Source: an uncultured Christensenella sp.
GTDB taxonomy: Bacteria > Bacillota > Clostridia > Christensenellales > UBA3700
DNA: 64,000 nucleotides
Direction of reading: 5' to 3'
NCBI GenBank assembly: GCA_910578245.1
Contig: CAJTPC010000001.1
Location: 27,603-91,602 of the forward strand
In this document: positions 10,470 to 18,113 of the stretch, piece after piece
How positions within the stretch are numbered: position 1 is the first letter of the stretch
Layout of the letters: each line of letters starts with the position of its first letter
Made by a program: the position numbers and the translations under genes
The notes under the pieces: generated by a model
Told to the model about the DNA's origin: nothing
The model's database searches: none
Seen by the model: only the letters and a program-made list of their open reading frames with translations

Positions 10470-10498
10470 ATTATAACATTATGCGCGTAAAAAAACAA
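10470..10498 (-). promoter_or_regulatory. sigma-A-type promoter of the glycan operon
   Basis: The minus strand reads TTGTTT-17 nt-TATAAT with TG at the extended -10 position, about 25 nt upstream of the DegT ATG. Confidence 0.5.
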
Positions 10499-10521
10499 CA
10501 TAAATTTACATATATGCCAAT

Positions 10522-10546
10522 AAAAAACCTCGTCTTTCAACGAGGC
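10522..10546 (-). terminator. intrinsic terminator after the GH20 gene
   Basis: Stem CCTCGT/ACGAGG with a 6-nt loop, followed on the minus strand by a T-run. Confidence 0.65.
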
Positions 10547-10560
10547 TTTATAAACTTCAA

Positions 10561-12141
10561 TTATTTATTTTCCGCAGTTTGGATTTTTGCAAGCTGATTG
10601 AGTTCATAATCGGGATTAACTCGCCACAAATTCCATTTAAGAGCATATGAAAATGCGCGGAGCGGATAGGTCTTTCCTCTATAAATTTTGGGCGGACATA
10701 TCTTGCAACCGATTTTATCAAAGAATGGACGCAGGTTTTCCATACGTTTTTCAAATTCCAAGTAATTGCGGTCCTCTATCTTAGTCCAACACACTTCGCT
10801 GAAAGCAACCAAACGCGCATATGTAAGCATATCGAGTTTTGTTTCGTCCCGTATATACTCTGCCCACTGCGGTATTTCCATACCCAAAACGTTGCTCTCG
10901 TCTTTAACGCCTAGAGTTTTTGCAGAAAAACCGTAGGTCTTCTTAAGCGGTCTGACGTTGTAGGGATGGTCCATATATACGTAGTTTGCCATAGATAAAA
11001 TGCACTTGCCGCCTTTAGCCATCCAATCAAATTCGTTTTTGTTGCCACTGCTGTGCTTTATCCACCATTGCGCCACTACGTCGTTGTCCATAATATCTTT
11101 TGCGTCCAGTATCTCATTCCAACCTATCAATCTCTTGCCCTTTGCGCGCAAATACTTTGCTATCTCGTTGTTGAAATACCCCTGCAAAGCATTCTCGTCT
11201 TTCAAACCCAACAGTTTGATTTTTTCCTGACAGCAAGGACATTTTTTCCATCGGGTTTTGGGAGCTTCATCTCCGCCTATATGAAAAAATTTGCCCGTAA
11301 ATATGCGACATAACTCATCGATTACGTCTTTGGCAAATTCGTATACGTCGTCTTTCCCGCAACAGCAAATATTGTCCATAATCCCCCATCTGTCACTGAC
11401 GTCCGTTTGCTCGCCAGTACACGATAAATTGGGATAGCAAGCTATCGCCGACACCGTATGCCCCGGCATATCGATTTCGGGTATAACCTCGATGTGCCTA
11501 TCTTTGGCGTAAGCCACGATTTGCTTCATATCGTCTTGAGTATAGTATAAATTGCGACCGTATTCATTTTCGTCATATCCCCAATTACCCGACCCCATAA
11601 ATGCCTTGGGGGAAAGCGGAGTACGCTTGCGTATAGCGCCCTTTTGCGTCAATAGCGGATACTTCTTTATCTCAGCTCTCCAGCCTTGGTCGTCCGTCAA
11701 ATGCCAGTGAAATTTGTTCATCTTGAGATGCGCCATTACGTCTAGTATTTGCTTAATCTTTTCCACTCTCCAAAAGTGACGCGCGCAATCCAAGGAAAAG
11801 CCTCTGTATTGATAATTCGGTCTATCTTCCGCGTATACTCTTTGCAAACCCTCTTTCGTAAAAATCTGTTGCATAGTCATAAACGCGTAGAAGGCTCCTT
11901 GCTCCGTCTTTGCGCTCACAGTAACTTTGTCTTGCGCGCAATCTATGCGGTACGCCTCGTCTTGCAAATTCCTATCGATTTCAAAAAATACTCGGCAGTT
12001 TTCTCCCCCGGGAATATCTGCCAAAAACTCCTTTAACAACGCTTTGGTATTGACAAAAGCGCCCGATATGACGCTGTTTTTACCAAGCGCGATACTTCCT
12101 TCTTTTTCTTCGACTATCGTCGGCAAAGGTATGATATTCAT
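10561..12141 (-). CDS. beta-N-acetylhexosaminidase (GH20)
   Basis: HWHLTDDQGWR and FHIGGDE catalytic-region motifs. 526 aa with no signal peptide. Confidence 0.9.
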   Translation of the reverse strand: MNIIPLPTIVEEKEGSIALGKNSVISGAFVNTKALLKEFLADIPGGENCRVFFEIDRNLQDEAYRIDCAQDKVTVSAKTEQGAFYAFMTMQQIFTKEGLQRVYAEDRPNYQYRGFSLDCARHFWRVEKIKQILDVMAHLKMNKFHWHLTDDQGWRAEIKKYPLLTQKGAIRKRTPLSPKAFMGSGNWGYDENEYGRNLYYTQDDMKQIVAYAKDRHIEVIPEIDMPGHTVSAIACYPNLSCTGEQTDVSDRWGIMDNICCCGKDDVYEFAKDVIDELCRIFTGKFFHIGGDEAPKTRWKKCPCCQEKIKLLGLKDENALQGYFNNEIAKYLRAKGKRLIGWNEILDAKDIMDNDVVAQWWIKHSSGNKNEFDWMAKGGKCILSMANYVYMDHPYNVRPLKKTYGFSAKTLGVKDESNVLGMEIPQWAEYIRDETKLDMLTYARLVAFSEVCWTKIEDRNYLEFEKRMENLRPFFDKIGCKICPPKIYRGKTYPLRAFSYALKWNLWRVNPDYELNQLAKIQTAENK

Positions 12142-12240
12142 TTTCTCCCCCCTAAAAATTTCCAGAACGATATTACTTATATAATATTATATTCTATCAC
12201 AAATACCAATACAATTCAAGTATAGCAAATTATAAGAAAT

Positions 12241-12271
12241 GAAAAGGACGGGGTACAAATTACTCCGTCCT
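12241..12271 (-). terminator. intrinsic terminator
   Basis: AGGACGG...CCGTCCT stem followed by TTTTCATTT on the minus strand. Confidence 0.6.
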
Positions 12272-12296
12272 CACCGTTATCTTTTCTCAGACCGTG

Positions 12297-12860
12297 TTAA
12301 ATAATGAAAATAAAGATTGCCAATGCGCCCAACACAATTCCGACAATCGAGAGTACTTTGCCGTTGGTAGCTTTAGGCTTGCCGTCATACTCTCCCGTAT
12401 TGCAAAGTTCCAATGCCTTATTAGCTTTTGTAAGACCGATAGCGCCGAAAACTATTCCAAGTATACCGCCGAGTATACCAAATATCAAAGCCAAGATTCC
12501 ATAAGTATTGGCGTCTTTAGCAAACTTATTAAACAAAAGGTATTTATGCCGAGAAGCGCCGTCATCGCTCTGCGCAGAAGACCCGGCGACTTGATCGTCG
12601 TATTCTATGTGAGATTCAACTTGGCTTTGAGGCTTGACAAAGTCATCGTTTTTGTCAACGTCATAATTCCACTCTTTATCAAAATCATTACCGACGTCGC
12701 CTTGAAAGTCTACTTTTGCCGATGTCACTTCCTCAAAATCCTGTTTAGCGTTATTATTTTCTTGCGAAAAGTCATCGCCTTGCTTTAATTTGCAACCGCA
12801 ATATCCGCAATATATATCGTTTTCCTCGACTTGTCCGCCACAGTTTCTACAATATTTCAT
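12297..12860 (-). CDS. zinc-ribbon protein with an acidic linker and a C-terminal DUF4190-like two-TM domain
   Basis: MKYCRNCGGQVEENDIYCGYCG (CxxC...CxxC), a D/E-rich middle region, and a glycine-rich C-terminal TM pair. Confidence 0.65.
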   Translation of the reverse strand: MKYCRNCGGQVEENDIYCGYCGCKLKQGDDFSQENNNAKQDFEEVTSAKVDFQGDVGNDFDKEWNYDVDKNDDFVKPQSQVESHIEYDDQVAGSSAQSDDGASRHKYLLFNKFAKDANTYGILALIFGILGGILGIVFGAIGLTKANKALELCNTGEYDGKPKATNGKVLSIVGIVLGALAIFIFII

Positions 12861-12881
12861 ATCCTCTCCTAACTCCTTAGT

Positions 12882-13283
12882 TTATATCCAAAACACAATT
12901 GAACATACTATGAGAACAACCGCCGACAATACGCTCAACGCAATACACACCTTTGAGCATATAGCGCCGACTTTGCAAAACATCGCTCCCGTTTTGTCAT
13001 TGTCTTGTCCTTTTTCTTTAGCTATTTTTGCAAATACCAAACTTACGATGGCGCAAATAAACGTGCCCAACGTCAAAGACGCAATACCGCATATAAAGCA
13101 TATCAGCGCTTCAAAATTCTTGCTCGCCGACTCTGTCAAGTTATTAATAGAATCCTCTACCGTAGTACGCTTATCCTGCGTATTGTTTGAGCTCGACTGG
13201 GTATCCTCCGCTTGAGCTCCGCAACTTGAACAATAAGTGTCTAAATCGTCCAATCGGTTACCGCAATTTCTACAATACTTCAT
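12882..13283 (-). CDS. zinc-ribbon / two-TM membrane protein (paralog of the previous gene)
   Basis: MKYCRNCGNRLDDLDTYCSSCG. Start chosen at 13283 because GGAGGA lies 8 nt upstream (the track start is 13298). Confidence 0.6.
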   Translation of the reverse strand: MKYCRNCGNRLDDLDTYCSSCGAQAEDTQSSSNNTQDKRTTVEDSINNLTESASKNFEALICFICGIASLTLGTFICAIVSLVFAKIAKEKGQDNDKTGAMFCKVGAICSKVCIALSVLSAVVLIVCSIVFWI

Positions 13284-13478
13284 ATATCGATCCTCCATAT
13301 TCGTACATTTATTATACTACGCTTTTATTTCATTTGCAATATCAAAATAATGTAAAAATTACAAAAAAAGAAATTTACTTTAATTTCTATTAATTGATAA
13401 AAAAATGTGTACTTCTTTGAAAAAAGTGTTATAATTAGTTTGAATATCTGCAAATTTTGCAAATTAAAGGAGTATAGT

Positions 13479-13793
13479 ATGAACGTAATAGAATTGACAA
13501 AAGACAATTTCGATAAAGAAATCATGAATAGCGATAAGGTTGCTCTTATCGACTTTTGGGCAAGTTGGTGTATGCCTTGCAAAATGCTCTCGCCCGTAGT
13601 AGACGAAATCGCCGAAGAAAATCCGCAAATCAAGGTCTGCAAAGTCAACGTAGACAAAGAAGGCGAACTGGCAAGCGCTTTCAAGGTATCAAGCATACCT
13701 ATGCTTGTCGTAATTAAAGACAATACTGTCATCGAAACGAGCGTAGGCGTAGTACCAAAACAAAAGATTTTGCAAATGCTGAACGCAAAGTAG
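13479..13793 (+). CDS. trxA: thioredoxin
   Basis: WASWCMPCK active site, 104 aa, AAGGAG RBS before ATG at 13479. The track ORF start at 13407 is an upstream extension. Confidence 0.9.
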   Translation: MNVIELTKDNFDKEIMNSDKVALIDFWASWCMPCKMLSPVVDEIAEENPQIKVCKVNVDKEGELASAFKVSSIPMLVVIKDNTVIETSVGVVPKQKILQMLNAK

Positions 13794-13866
13794 TCGACGG
13801 CATAAGATTTTCATGATTCAATAAAAATATAATTCATTTAATTTTTACTTAAATAGGAGAAAAAAA

Positions 13867-14355
13867 ATGACAAGAAGTAAAAAAATTGCCCTATCAATCG
13901 TATTACCCATTGCTGTAATCTTAATAGTATTATTAAGTTTGTCTTTAGTATATGGAATTGATATATTAAAAGATGCAATTGAGCATAGAGGTTGGACTAA
14001 AATTGATTATTGCAACGATAGGTGGGACGTACAAATACCCAACGCGAATATAAAATACACCTTTTCAAGTTGTGGCGGTTTCAACGGCGATGGCGAAACG
14101 TATACTATATGCCAATACTCTTCTCTGCCAAATGAATTTCTGCAAGATTTCACGTCGGATAGCAAAGGCGAGTATTTGGAAAAATATAATAGTATCTCTA
14201 CCATGTTGCAATCTAGCAAAGTTGATAAAAGCCAACTTATTGAGCCCGACGAAAATTATATATGGCTGAGCAAGACTAAAAATACCAATAATACCCTATT
14301 GCTCGCCTATAATCAACAAACAAATACTTTGTATATAATTGAGCAGTTTATATAA
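13867..14355 (+). CDS. hypothetical N-terminally membrane-anchored protein
   Basis: ORF with a GGAGA RBS and an N-terminal TM segment. No recognisable motif. Confidence 0.5.
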   Translation: MTRSKKIALSIVLPIAVILIVLLSLSLVYGIDILKDAIEHRGWTKIDYCNDRWDVQIPNANIKYTFSSCGGFNGDGETYTICQYSSLPNEFLQDFTSDSKGEYLEKYNSISTMLQSSKVDKSQLIEPDENYIWLSKTKNTNNTLLLAYNQQTNTLYIIEQFI

Positions 14356-14381
14356 GTCAACTTAATATAGATTTCAATTTC

Positions 14382-14420
14382 AGGCTACGGCGCAAAAATG
14401 CTAACCGTAGCCTTTTTATT
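14382..14420 (+). terminator. intrinsic terminator
   Basis: AGGCTACGG-14 nt-CCGTAGCCT followed by TTTTTATTT. Confidence 0.75.
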
Positions 14421-14469
14421 TGTATAACTAAGTTTTTATTGGCAATACTTCTCCTCGGAGGTATTAAAA

Positions 14470-15054
14470 ATGAAACTAAAAGACAGTCAAACTTACAAAA
14501 ACCTAGCTAGAGCTTTTGCCGGCGAATGTCAGGCAAGAACGAGATACGAATTTATCGAATACGGCGCAAGAGAGCAAGGATATAAAGCGCTTGCCGATAT
14601 TATCGACAAGATAGCTTTCCAAGAATTCACGCACTCAAGAATGATTTACAGCTTTATTCAAAGCGCTGACGACGGCACGATTGACAATATCGAAGTATGC
14701 ACGGGCTACCCCTTTAGACAAAAATGGGACCTTATGGACAACCTTAGATTTGCCGCCGAGGACGAGGGCGTAGAAGCCGATAAACTCTATCCCGAGTTCG
14801 CAAGAGTAGCTAAAGAAGAGGGATTTACCGATATAGCCAATCTCTTTAATAATCTTATCAAAATCGAAGAAACGCACAAAAAAGAGTTCATGCGACTACA
14901 CAAGATGTTCAAAGAGGGCAAACTCTACAAGAGCGACACAGCGGTAGTTTGGAAGTGTCCGGAGTGCGGATTCGAAGCGACGTCCAAGCAAGCATTCGAC
15001 ACCTGCCCCGTATGTCAAGCAAAGCAAGGCGTAATCACTCTCAAAGAAGCGTAA
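14470..15054 (+). CDS. rbr: rubrerythrin
   Basis: Ferritin-like ExxH motifs (EFTHSRM, EETHKKEF) plus a C-terminal rubredoxin-like CPECG...CPVCQ. Confidence 0.9.
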   Translation: MKLKDSQTYKNLARAFAGECQARTRYEFIEYGAREQGYKALADIIDKIAFQEFTHSRMIYSFIQSADDGTIDNIEVCTGYPFRQKWDLMDNLRFAAEDEGVEADKLYPEFARVAKEEGFTDIANLFNNLIKIEETHKKEFMRLHKMFKEGKLYKSDTAVVWKCPECGFEATSKQAFDTCPVCQAKQGVITLKEA

Positions 15055-15080
15055 GCAAAATTCGAATCATTCCACTCATT

Positions 15081-15110
15081 ATTCCACTCGAAATCGGGTG
15101 GAATTTTTTA
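15081..15110 (+). terminator. intrinsic terminator after rbr
   Basis: ATTCCAC-10 nt-GTGGAAT followed by TTTTTT. Confidence 0.7.
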
Positions 15111-15144
15111 TGCAAAAAAATCTCAAAAATATGCGTAAAATCAC

Positions 15145-15173
15145 TTTACAACTTTAGCGAGATAAAGTATAAT
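15145..15173 (+). promoter_or_regulatory. sigma-A-type promoter of the amino-acid ABC operon
   Basis: TTTACA-17 nt-TATAAT, about 40 nt upstream of the ATG at 15215. Confidence 0.6.
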
Positions 15174-15191
15174 AACTTTATCGCGCTAAAG
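15152..15191 (+). promoter_or_regulatory. 40-bp near-perfect palindrome bracketing the -10 box (candidate repressor operator)
   Basis: CTTTAGCGAGATAAAG-TATAATAA-CTTTATCGCGCTAAAG. The arms are reverse complements at 15 of 16 positions. Confidence 0.55.
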
Positions 15192-15214
15192 CGGACGTTA
15201 AAGGAGATATTAAA

Positions 15215-16051
15215 ATGAAAAAGAAAATTATCGTTACGCTACTACTCTGTATTATTACGTTGACTAGCGTATTCGCATTCGCAGGTTGTCAAAAATATCT
15301 TGACAACGATACTCTTATCGGCTATGACGTCGATCTAGCCAAAGCCGTCGCAAAAGAACTAGGCGTAGAAGTCAAATTTAAGGAAATTGATTGGAATAAT
15401 AAAATCGTTGAACTAAAAGCCGGCAATATCGATTTGACTTGGAACGGCATGACTATTCTAGACGATCTTAAATCTGAAATGGAAATTACGCAACCGTATA
15501 TGCTCAATAAACAAGTTGGCGTTATCAATAAATCAAATGCAGACAAGTTTTACTCTCTTGAGACTATTAAAAACGCTAACTTTACATATGAAAACGGAAG
15601 CGCCGCAGAAACGTTTGCAAAAAGCAATAACTATAAAGGCTCAGGCGCAAAATCACAAATGTTGGCGATGACGAAAGTACTTGCAGGAAGTAGCGACATA
15701 GCTATAGTAGACCTATTGCTTGCAAATTTCTACAGCTCTTCTGATTCTTCTTTCTCTGACCTTATGATTGCAGTAGAATTCAGCGAAGAAACTTACGGAA
15801 TAGGAATGCGTAAGGGCGACCTCGGTACTCTTGATAAGATATGTACTGCCATTATGAAATTACAAGAGGATGGCACTGTAGACGAAATCGCCAAAAGATA
15901 CGGACTTGAAAACCAAATAATTAAAATGGACTATACCCCGCAATGGGAAAACCTCACCGATGAACAAAAAGCCGGTTGGAATAAAATTGAAGAAAAGGGC
16001 TACTTTGTTATAGGTTGCACGATTTTTGCTCCTATAGCGTACGAAAAATAA
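15215..16051 (+). CDS. amino-acid ABC transporter substrate-binding lipoprotein
   Basis: Lipobox FAFAGC. IGYDVDLAKAVAKELGV...DWN...L..G.IDL is typical of the SBP_bac_3 family. Confidence 0.85.
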   Translation: MKKKIIVTLLLCIITLTSVFAFAGCQKYLDNDTLIGYDVDLAKAVAKELGVEVKFKEIDWNNKIVELKAGNIDLTWNGMTILDDLKSEMEITQPYMLNKQVGVINKSNADKFYSLETIKNANFTYENGSAAETFAKSNNYKGSGAKSQMLAMTKVLAGSSDIAIVDLLLANFYSSSDSSFSDLMIAVEFSEETYGIGMRKGDLGTLDKICTAIMKLQEDGTVDEIAKRYGLENQIIKMDYTPQWENLTDEQKAGWNKIEEKGYFVIGCTIFAPIAYEK

Positions 16052-16052
16052 A

Positions 16053-16703
16053 ATGAAACAGTTCTTACAAATAACTTATCAACTTCTTGACGCGTGCAAA
16101 TACACTTTGGGCTTGTTTTTTGCAACGCTCGCGATTGCCATACCTTTGGGTATGGTAATTTGCGCATGCGCGCTGAGTAAATTCAAACCGTTGAAATACG
16201 TAACCAACGTATTTATATGGATAGTTAGAGGTACTCCGCTTATGTTGCAAGTCATTATAGTAATGTTTGCGCCGGGTCTTTTGTTGAAAATGCCATTTCA
16301 AGAAGTATTTCTTGCGGCGCTCATTGCTTTTGTAATAAATTACGCCGCTTATTTTGCAGAAATATACAGAGGCGGTATACTTGCCATACCAAAGGGGCAA
16401 TATGAAGCCGGACAAGTGCTGGGTATGAGCAGAATGCAAGTCAATAGACTAGTCGTTCTACCGCAAGTCGTCAAGAGAATAACCCCCGCAATGAGTAACG
16501 AGGTAATTACACTGGTAAAAGATACTTCTCTTGCCAGCGTAATAGGTCTTGCCGAAGTAATGATGACAGCTCAAAAAATCGTATCGACAAGAGCTCTTCT
16601 CTGGCCATTGTTCTATACGGGAGTATTCTATCTCGTCATGGTAGGCGTATTGACACTCTTCTTCAAGTGGCTTGAAAAGAAAATGAATTATTATAAGGCG
16701 TGA
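16053..16703 (+). CDS. amino-acid ABC transporter permease (HisM/GlnP type)
   Basis: 216 aa, about 5 TM segments, EAA-like loop (GQYEAGQVLGMSRMQ...VVLPQ). Confidence 0.85.
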   Translation: MKQFLQITYQLLDACKYTLGLFFATLAIAIPLGMVICACALSKFKPLKYVTNVFIWIVRGTPLMLQVIIVMFAPGLLLKMPFQEVFLAALIAFVINYAAYFAEIYRGGILAIPKGQYEAGQVLGMSRMQVNRLVVLPQVVKRITPAMSNEVITLVKDTSLASVIGLAEVMMTAQKIVSTRALLWPLFYTGVFYLVMVGVLTLFFKWLEKKMNYYKA

Positions 16704-16710
16704 GGTGAAT

Positions 16711-17715
16711 ATGGCATTTTTTGAAGTAAAAGACGTATATAAGAACTTTGGCGCCAACAGAGTGCTTAAAGGCATTGATTTAGAGCTTGATCAAGGTCAA
16801 GTGCTTGCCATAATCGGCTCTTCGGGTAGCGGTAAAACAACGTTGCTTCGTTGCATAAACTTCTTGGAGATACCCGACAAGGCAGATATTTTCTTGAGCG
16901 GTGAAAACATCTTCTCCGTAGATAATCTTGACAAAGTAAACGAGGCTTTGCAAAACCTCGCTCAAGAAAACGTAACAGACGAAATTACTACGGACGAAAT
17001 CGCTATACCCAACGATTTAGAAAACGGGAAAAACGCAGAAGAACCTTCTAAAGCTAATAAATCTAAGCGTAGCAAGCAAAAGGAACCGAAAATCAAACCA
17101 ATTAAGATTAGTAAAGAAAAGAAAAAGCAAATTGCCAAGCAAAGGCTTAAATTGGGAATGGTCTTTCAATCTTTTAATCTATTCCCCCACTACAACGTAC
17201 TCAAAAACCTTACGCTTGCGACAAAACTAAAATATGACAAAACTATAAATCCTTTTGGCAAATACTTCTCCAAGTCAGTGAGGAACGCCAGAAAACAAGC
17301 ATTCAAAGCAATTGACGAAAGAGCCGTCGAACTCTTAAACAGAGTGGGACTTGGAGAAAAGCTAAAGGCTTACCCTTGCGAACTCTCAGGCGGTCAACAA
17401 CAGCGCGTAGCTATCGCAAGAGCGTTGATATTACAACCTGAAATACTATGTTTTGACGAACCTACGAGCGCGCTTGACCCCGAACTCACGAGAGAGGTGC
17501 TAAAAGTCATAAAGGACCTCAAGAAAGACGGACATACTATGATAGTCGTCACTCACGAAATGGAATTTGCAAGAAAAGTAGCGGATAAAGTTATTTTTAT
17601 GGCAGACGGCGTGATTGAAGAACAAGGCGCTCCTGAAGAAGTCTTTGGCAATCCGCAAAGCCCAAAAACCAAGGCATTTTTGCAAGAAAGCGAAAAATCT
17701 ATTGACGAGGATTGA
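16711..17715 (+). CDS. amino-acid ABC transporter ATP-binding protein with large internal insertions
   Basis: Walker A GSSGSGKTT, Q-loop MVFQSFNLFPH, signature LSGGQQQRV, Walker B ILCFDEPTSALD. About 334 aa against about 240 for typical GlnQ-type proteins. ATG at 16711 is preceded by GAGGTG. Confidence 0.85.
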   Translation: MAFFEVKDVYKNFGANRVLKGIDLELDQGQVLAIIGSSGSGKTTLLRCINFLEIPDKADIFLSGENIFSVDNLDKVNEALQNLAQENVTDEITTDEIAIPNDLENGKNAEEPSKANKSKRSKQKEPKIKPIKISKEKKKQIAKQRLKLGMVFQSFNLFPHYNVLKNLTLATKLKYDKTINPFGKYFSKSVRNARKQAFKAIDERAVELLNRVGLGEKLKAYPCELSGGQQQRVAIARALILQPEILCFDEPTSALDPELTREVLKVIKDLKKDGHTMIVVTHEMEFARKVADKVIFMADGVIEEQGAPEEVFGNPQSPKTKAFLQESEKSIDED

Positions 17716-17716
17716 T

Positions 17717-17986
17717 ATGAAAGCAGACCATATGAACGAAATGATAGAAAAACTGTATTTGGTAATTTCCAAACTCTCGACGCAAGAGGAATGCAAACAA
17801 TTCTTTCAAGACCTATGCACCAACAAAGAAATAGAGCAAATGGCTCAACGCGTCGAATCTGCCCTACTTCTAAAACAAGGCTTGACGTACTCTCAAGTCA
17901 TTGAGCAGACCAATATTTCATCGGCTACGCTGTCAAGAGTATCTAGGTCGTTGCAATACGGCGAGGGATATAAAAAGTTTATTTAA
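17717..17986 (+). CDS. YerC/YecD (TrpR-like) family DNA-binding protein
   Basis: ECKQFFQDLCT..EIEQMAQR......L..G.TY..I...T..S.AT.SRV.R.L.YG matches the TrpR-related YerC pattern. Start is 2 nt after the ATPase stop. Confidence 0.75.
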   Translation: MKADHMNEMIEKLYLVISKLSTQEECKQFFQDLCTNKEIEQMAQRVESALLLKQGLTYSQVIEQTNISSATLSRVSRSLQYGEGYKKFI

Positions 17987-18007
17987 TCAAACGATTTTTT
18001 TACAAAT

Positions 18008-18036
18008 AAAAAGCGAGGGCTTTTCTCGCTTTTTAT
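18008..18036 (+). terminator. intrinsic terminator of the ABC/yerC operon
   Basis: AGCGAG-7 nt-CTCGCT followed by TTTTTATT. Confidence 0.7.
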
Positions 18037-18113
18037 TATTATTTCTTTTGCATATTGACTTTTATATTAAATACATGATACTATTTTATTAGCGTATATG
18101 CGGGGGGAGAATC

